Below are positions 59,298 to 64,000 of a stretch of DNA of 64,000 nt, piece by piece. The notes beneath the pieces were generated by a model. It ran no database searches and was not told the origin of the DNA. It saw nothing but the letters and a program-made list of their open reading frames with translations. The stretch lies in sequence record SRR22947725_3552; one strand, written 5' to 3'. The translations under genes were made by a program, and so were the position numbers. The number at the start of each line of letters is the position of its first letter. The stretch's first letter is position 1.

Positions 59298-61859
59298 TTA
59301 ATCAAGGTAGACAAATTCATTCATATTGAGGACCAGCAGACAAAACCTTTGCATTGCCTGATGTTCAGTGACTTTTAGCTGCGTCATGAGTTCTTCAATC
59401 ATTGCTAGTCCTTGATCGATTTCATTCAATTCTGGCTCACGGGAGGTCGAAAGGCGCAGGGCTTGGGCAATTTGCTCTCGAGTTGTTTTAGCGTCCGCTT
59501 CGATTCGGTTGGCAAAAGCTTCGGCCTGGTCACTGAGGAACTCGCTGTTGAGCATGGTCAGAGCCTGAGTTGGTACCGTGGTCGTGAACCGAACCGCACA
59601 GGCAGAATCCGTATCTGCCATATCAAAGGTCTTCAATAGTGGTTCGTGCAATGAGCGCTTGATATATACGTAGACACTGCGCCGGTTCTGCTGATCTTCC
59701 GGTGAATGCCCCCAGGCTGCATGGGGACGTGACGCTGTTGCCAGAATAACCTCGGGCACGGGGGTGTAAATACTTGGACCTCTCATTTGCAGGTTCAGTT
59801 TTCCCGTCAAGTTCAGTATCGAATCGCGGATCTCTTCCGCTGCAAGCCGGCGCATGTCAAACCTCCAGAAAAAATTATTTTCAGGATCGATTTCTAAGGC
59901 ATTGTCCTGTCCACGCGATGACATTTGATATGCCTCGGACAACATGATTTGCTTATGCAGCTTCTTGAGACTCCATCCATTGTCCATCAAATAAGTGGCC
60001 AACCAATCGAGCAGTAACGGGTGAGTAGGTTTTTCACCGTTTTGTCCGAAATTACTGGGTGTGCGACAGATGCCTCTACCAAAGTGAAATTGCCACACAC
60101 GGTTGGAAATCACGCGTGCAGTCAATGGATTGTCCTTTCGGGTCAACCAATCAGCCAAGATCTTGCGACGTCCACTACTTCTGGCTCCTTCAACGGGTTC
60201 AGGAATGACTGGATCAGGGAATCCTAAAATCTGCGGAAACCCAGGTTTAACTTCCACTCCCTTGGAGTGCGCATTCCCTCGTAACAAAACATGCGTCATC
60301 GGAGCAGTCGGACCGTTTTCCTGCATGGAAAGAGCTCGTGCCAGTTGAGGTAACTTTTGTTTTCGCAATTCTTTGAGCTCTTCCTCAATGGCCAGATAAT
60401 CCTGCAATTGCTCCTTATCCAGAAGCTCAGCACGCTTTTCAGCGATCAAGGTTCGTCGAGTCCGCTTATCCTTGGCGTCTTCCTTCTCGGGGTTGGAAAA
60501 AGTCGCAACAACGACCTTTTCATATTCAGCAATCCTGACTTCCAGATGCTTGATTTGTGCCTCGAGGGTTTTTTTGAGTTGATCGTGCTTTCGAATTTCC
60601 TCCTGTGAGGCAATGATGGTTGTTGTGTTGAGGGAATAGGGTGATTTTTTGTATTTGCCCTGGCGAATATTATTGTAGGTATTGCTGAAAAAGGCCAGCA
60701 GGCGATAATAATCCTCGTGCGGCATGGGATCGATCTTGTGCGCATGACACCTGGCACACCCAACCGTCAGTCCCATGAACGCCTGTCCAGTTGTGGATAA
60801 TACGTCATCTAATCCATCAAAAAACGCCTGATCCGCGTCAACCGGTTCGTCGTCCCATATTCCAAGGCGTTGAAAACCAGTTGCCACGATGGAGTCTACA
60901 GTAGCGTCTTCAATTTCATCCCCAGCGATCTGTTCTGTTACGAATCGATCGTAAGGTTTATCTTCATTGAAGCTTTTGATCACATAATCACGGTAGCGCC
61001 ATGCATCAGGCTTGGGGTTATCTCTTTCATAGCCGTTAGTTTCAGCATAGCGCACCAAATCCAACCAGTGTCGCCCCCACTTTTCTCCGTAATGCTGCGA
61101 GGCAAGTAAGTGATCGATCACTTTTTCGTAGGCCTTGGCAGACCGATCGTTTTCAAAGGCCACAACATCCTCAGGCGAAGGAGGGAGGCCGGTTAAATCA
61201 TAGTAGGCTCGTCGAATCCATGTTTGGCGCGTAGCTGGTGGGTTAGGGCTCAAGTTATTATTTTCAAGGCGATCAAAAAGGAAAGCATCGATGGGATTCC
61301 GGTTCCATTGAGTAGATGAGACATCGGGGACTTGGGGTGTTTTTATCGCGCGAAATGCCCACCAGTTACGCGTATTTTCGTTGATTGAGTTATCGTAGGA
61401 GGAACTATCTGACTGAGTCTCCTCCAAAGCATGCTGAGCAGCTTCAGCCTCAAACGGCAGACCGTTTTCAATCCATTGCGCCAAAGCCTTGATGGATGAG
61501 GGTGAGAGCTTTCCTTTGTTCGGTGGCATCTCATGGTCGGAATCCTTGTAAGATACCATCTCAAGCAGGTAGCTCTCTTGAGGATTTTGCAAATTGACCA
61601 CAGGCCCTGAATCACCGCCTTGAAGAACAGCTTCTCGGGAGGTCAAATTCAAACCGCCTTTAATTTCGTCTTCAGCACCGTGGCATTTGAAACAGTGTTC
61701 ATTGAGCACAGGAAGGACGATGTCGGTAAAATGAACATCCAGAGCTTCGTCTGATGTCACATTTGAGACCAAGAGGAGGCTAGCGGTCAGCAATAGATAG
61801 ATTTGGCGCGGAAACATACTGCCGACGATCGATTGATAAAGTCTGTAATGTTCAAGCAT
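59298..61859 (-). CDS. PSD1 and planctomycete cytochrome c domain protein (DUF1549/DUF1553)
   Basis: CFKCHG, NPIDAF, RRAYYDLTGLPP, YGEKWGRHWLDLVRYAET, CARCHAHK, PTHPLLLDWLA, AEEIRDSIL, PTQAL. Confidence 0.93.
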   Translation of the reverse strand: MLEHYRLYQSIVGSMFPRQIYLLLTASLLLVSNVTSDEALDVHFTDIVLPVLNEHCFKCHGAEDEIKGGLNLTSREAVLQGGDSGPVVNLQNPQESYLLEMVSYKDSDHEMPPNKGKLSPSSIKALAQWIENGLPFEAEAAQHALEETQSDSSSYDNSINENTRNWWAFRAIKTPQVPDVSSTQWNRNPIDAFLFDRLENNNLSPNPPATRQTWIRRAYYDLTGLPPSPEDVVAFENDRSAKAYEKVIDHLLASQHYGEKWGRHWLDLVRYAETNGYERDNPKPDAWRYRDYVIKSFNEDKPYDRFVTEQIAGDEIEDATVDSIVATGFQRLGIWDDEPVDADQAFFDGLDDVLSTTGQAFMGLTVGCARCHAHKIDPMPHEDYYRLLAFFSNTYNNIRQGKYKKSPYSLNTTTIIASQEEIRKHDQLKKTLEAQIKHLEVRIAEYEKVVVATFSNPEKEDAKDKRTRRTLIAEKRAELLDKEQLQDYLAIEEELKELRKQKLPQLARALSMQENGPTAPMTHVLLRGNAHSKGVEVKPGFPQILGFPDPVIPEPVEGARSSGRRKILADWLTRKDNPLTARVISNRVWQFHFGRGICRTPSNFGQNGEKPTHPLLLDWLATYLMDNGWSLKKLHKQIMLSEAYQMSSRGQDNALEIDPENNFFWRFDMRRLAAEEIRDSILNLTGKLNLQMRGPSIYTPVPEVILATASRPHAAWGHSPEDQQNRRSVYVYIKRSLHEPLLKTFDMADTDSACAVRFTTTVPTQALTMLNSEFLSDQAEAFANRIEADAKTTREQIAQALRLSTSREPELNEIDQGLAMIEELMTQLKVTEHQAMQRFCLLVLNMNEFVYLD

Positions 61860-61945
61860 CGACTCAACATTACACAGTTAAGAGCAAAGATTCAACTGTC
61901 CTTTGAATCTTGTGCAAAATATCCAAGGCCTTTATGGTGTGAAAT

Positions 61946-62884
61946 ATGGTTATTAACCGTCACGGGAGCCTGAAAGTCAAATCTGTGATAATCTTGTGGA
62001 CTCTGTTGGCGGCAAGCTCAGCTAGTCTGCAAGCTGAAAATGCATTCGAGATACGAAAAAAAGGTCAAAAAGAATTAGTTATCCAAATGGAGGGTAAAGC
62101 AGTCGGCAAGTATATGTTCGAGCATGATGCATCCTCAAAGGAAACCTATCACGACACTTACAAACCTTTTTTGCACATCATTGATCCAGAGTCGGGGATT
62201 ACTCTCACTAAAGGTCCAGGAGGCCAATTCACGCATCACAGGGGGATTTTTCTGGGGTGGAACCGACTCACAACGAGTGAGGGGAGCTTTGATCTTTGGC
62301 ATATGAACAAAGGTACCCAGATTCATCAGGCGTTTACCAGCAAGAGACTGACACCTCATGATGCCTCATTTACTTCCAATATTCACTGGCTTATTCCTGA
62401 TGAGAAAATCGTCATGACTGAACTTCGAAAGATGACATTTAGCCACGATGGGAGAAAAAACACCATTGCGGTTGTTGACTTGACTACAAGATTGACACCC
62501 AGGGTAGATTTGGAGCTCAAAGGCGACCCAGAACATGCAGGGGTTCAATATCGACCTGCAAACGAAGTAAACAAAAAAGCAACTGCTTACCTTTTCCCTG
62601 AAGAAAAACAGAATCCTCGAAAAGACTTCGATTTACCATGGGTCAATCAATACTATGAACTGAACGGCAAGGGGTATTCGGTCACACACATGAACCATCC
62701 GGGTAACCCTCGGCCAACGCGTTATTCCGCTTACCGCGATTACGGGCGGTTCGGAGCTTTTTTTACGACGTCACTTGAAGAGGGGGAATCCTTAATCCTC
62801 CATTACCGTTTCGTGATCCGCAGAGGTAAACCAGGGACTAGGAAGAGTGTTCAAAACGAATTCGAAAATTGGATCCAACACTGA
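61946..62884 (+). CDS. DUF6807 / PmoA-family-like secreted protein
   Basis: Signal peptide, KPFLH, HHRGIFLGW, NHPGNP, RDYGRFGAF. Confidence 0.75.
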   Translation: MVINRHGSLKVKSVIILWTLLAASSASLQAENAFEIRKKGQKELVIQMEGKAVGKYMFEHDASSKETYHDTYKPFLHIIDPESGITLTKGPGGQFTHHRGIFLGWNRLTTSEGSFDLWHMNKGTQIHQAFTSKRLTPHDASFTSNIHWLIPDEKIVMTELRKMTFSHDGRKNTIAVVDLTTRLTPRVDLELKGDPEHAGVQYRPANEVNKKATAYLFPEEKQNPRKDFDLPWVNQYYELNGKGYSVTHMNHPGNPRPTRYSAYRDYGRFGAFFTTSLEEGESLILHYRFVIRRGKPGTRKSVQNEFENWIQH

Positions 62885-62889
62885 ACATA

Positions 62890-64000
62890 CTAAACATCAT
62901 CAGTATATTCCTTGGTGATCGCAACCTCCCTTCGCAGGAGATCGTGGAGAGTGACGATACCAATGAGGCGCTTGGCACCGGGGTCCACCAGGCCCACCAG
63001 GCCTGTGGCGGATTCAATGAGTGAGTATTGCAATTCGCGAATACTTTGTGAGGGAGCGCATATGATCAGAGGCGTGAGCTCAGGTTCACGTTGCTCATCC
63101 AATGCTTCTTTGGCCTCTTCGCGGGTGATGACTCCTTTGATCTCCTTGTTCACAACTACCGGAAAACGCAGGTAAGGGTGAGCTTCCAATGCCTCCGACA
63201 AAACCTCAGGTGAGAGATCCTTGATGATCACAGGCGAAAAATTGGCAATAGCCGAAACCGGCAACTGCTGCCAGCTTTTCAGGTCACGTGGAGGAATCAC
63301 GTGTTCTAATTGATGCCCATCTTGCTCAAGAAGCTCTTCATAAAAGTTGCATTTACAAAATTTACGACTTACTGCGCTACTTATCAACGCCCCAAGCATC
63401 AAAGCAGGAACCAGATAAAACTCATTGGTCATTTCAAAAACAATCAGGATACCAGTGACCGGTGCCCTGACAACCGCTCCCAGACATGAGCTCATTCCTA
63501 CCACAGCCAGGGTAATCTGAGCTTCTGGGGTGAGATCAACAAACAGACCAAATAAACCTGAGAGGAGCACGCCAGTCATCCCCCCCAGAAATAAAGTTGG
63601 GGAAAAGATGCCACCACAACCTCCCATCCCATAGCAGGCGACCGTGGCTATCAATTTACCAATGAGCAATAAACCCGCAACCTTCCAGCTGAACGAGCTC
63701 GTTAATGCAGCATTCAAATCTTCGTAACCAACCCCAAAGACACCCAGGTGACCTTGTCCCGTTTCAGCTTTGGTAAACAGGAAAATCCAAACCGCAATAC
63801 CCCAGGCAATGAAGGCACCCATAGCTGGCCGTATCCAGACGGGAATCCGATTCATTTTCCTGGTTGTCGCCCTCAGGCCAATGCTGGTCTTCTGAAACAA
63901 CACACCGACCAATGCAGCGGCGGCAGCAACCACGGGAGTTAGCAGATAAATGAGCCAATCCGGCGATCCAACCGCTGATATTTCCAGAGCAGGATTTTTT
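62890..64000 (-). CDS. ClC chloride channel/antiporter with CBS domains (5' end outside the window)
   Basis: GVGYE, GGCGGIFSPTLFLG, RAPVTGILIVFEMT, C-terminal CBS (FPVV, GIVTLHDLL); the frame stays open to the window edge. Confidence 0.92.
   Translation of the reverse strand, partial: KNPALEISAVGSPDWLIYLLTPVVAAAAALVGVLFQKTSIGLRATTRKMNRIPVWIRPAMGAFIAWGIAVWIFLFTKAETGQGHLGVFGVGYEDLNAALTSSFSWKVAGLLLIGKLIATVACYGMGGCGGIFSPTLFLGGMTGVLLSGLFGLFVDLTPEAQITLAVVGMSSCLGAVVRAPVTGILIVFEMTNEFYLVPALMLGALISSAVSRKFCKCNFYEELLEQDGHQLEHVIPPRDLKSWQQLPVSAIANFSPVIIKDLSPEVLSEALEAHPYLRFPVVVNKEIKGVITREEAKEALDEQREPELTPLIICAPSQSIRELQYSLIESATGLVGLVDPGAKRLIGIVTLHDLLRREVAITKEYTDDV

Noticed and set aside
61946..62884. PmoA-family label suggesting methane oxidation
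   Set aside because: This is a soluble secreted DUF6807-type protein with no pmoCAB context, so it is not evidence of methanotrophy.
1..64000. CRISPR arrays, IS elements, integrases, phage or anti-phage defence genes
   Set aside because: No regularly spaced repeats or transposase, integrase or defence motifs were seen by eye; short degenerate elements could have been missed.

Overview
Bacterial chromosomal window, probably from a PVC-superphylum organism (Verrucomicrobia-like). This is inferred from the DUF1501 + PSD1/cytochrome-c pair, the CRTAC1/ASPIC-UnbV + TPR pair and a DUF6807/PmoA-like gene. Housekeeping genes include ruvX, hemL, an Xaa-Pro peptidase, sppA, galM and trpD. Also present are a TolB-PA-M28-PDZ peptidase, a two-permease RND efflux system and a partial ClC channel. 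Two surface-glycan regions dominate. The first is a compact modification cassette at 3.6-8.1 kb: YrbL, a methyltransferase, a kinase, a nucleotidyltransferase/P-loop-kinase fusion and a deacetylase. The second is a ~26 kb co-oriented polysaccharide locus at 21.9-48.3 kb: rmlBACD, eight GTs, a Wzy/WaaL-like protein, a heparinase II/III-like protein, WecA, a PglK-like ABC exporter, a nitroreductase, a pyruvyltransferase and a methyltransferase-kinase fusion. The most notable observations are (1) an apparent deletion or chimeric junction at ~39,445 joining a truncated outer-membrane beta-barrel gene to the middle of an asparagine-synthase-like gene, (2) a WbdD-like Trm112/MTase/kinase protein, (3) a ~150-aa DUF805-like membrane insertion in one RND permease, and (4) mutually exclusive hairpins in the galM leader. 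I saw no rRNA, tRNA, CRISPR array or IS element. All family calls come from motif recognition by eye, not database searches.
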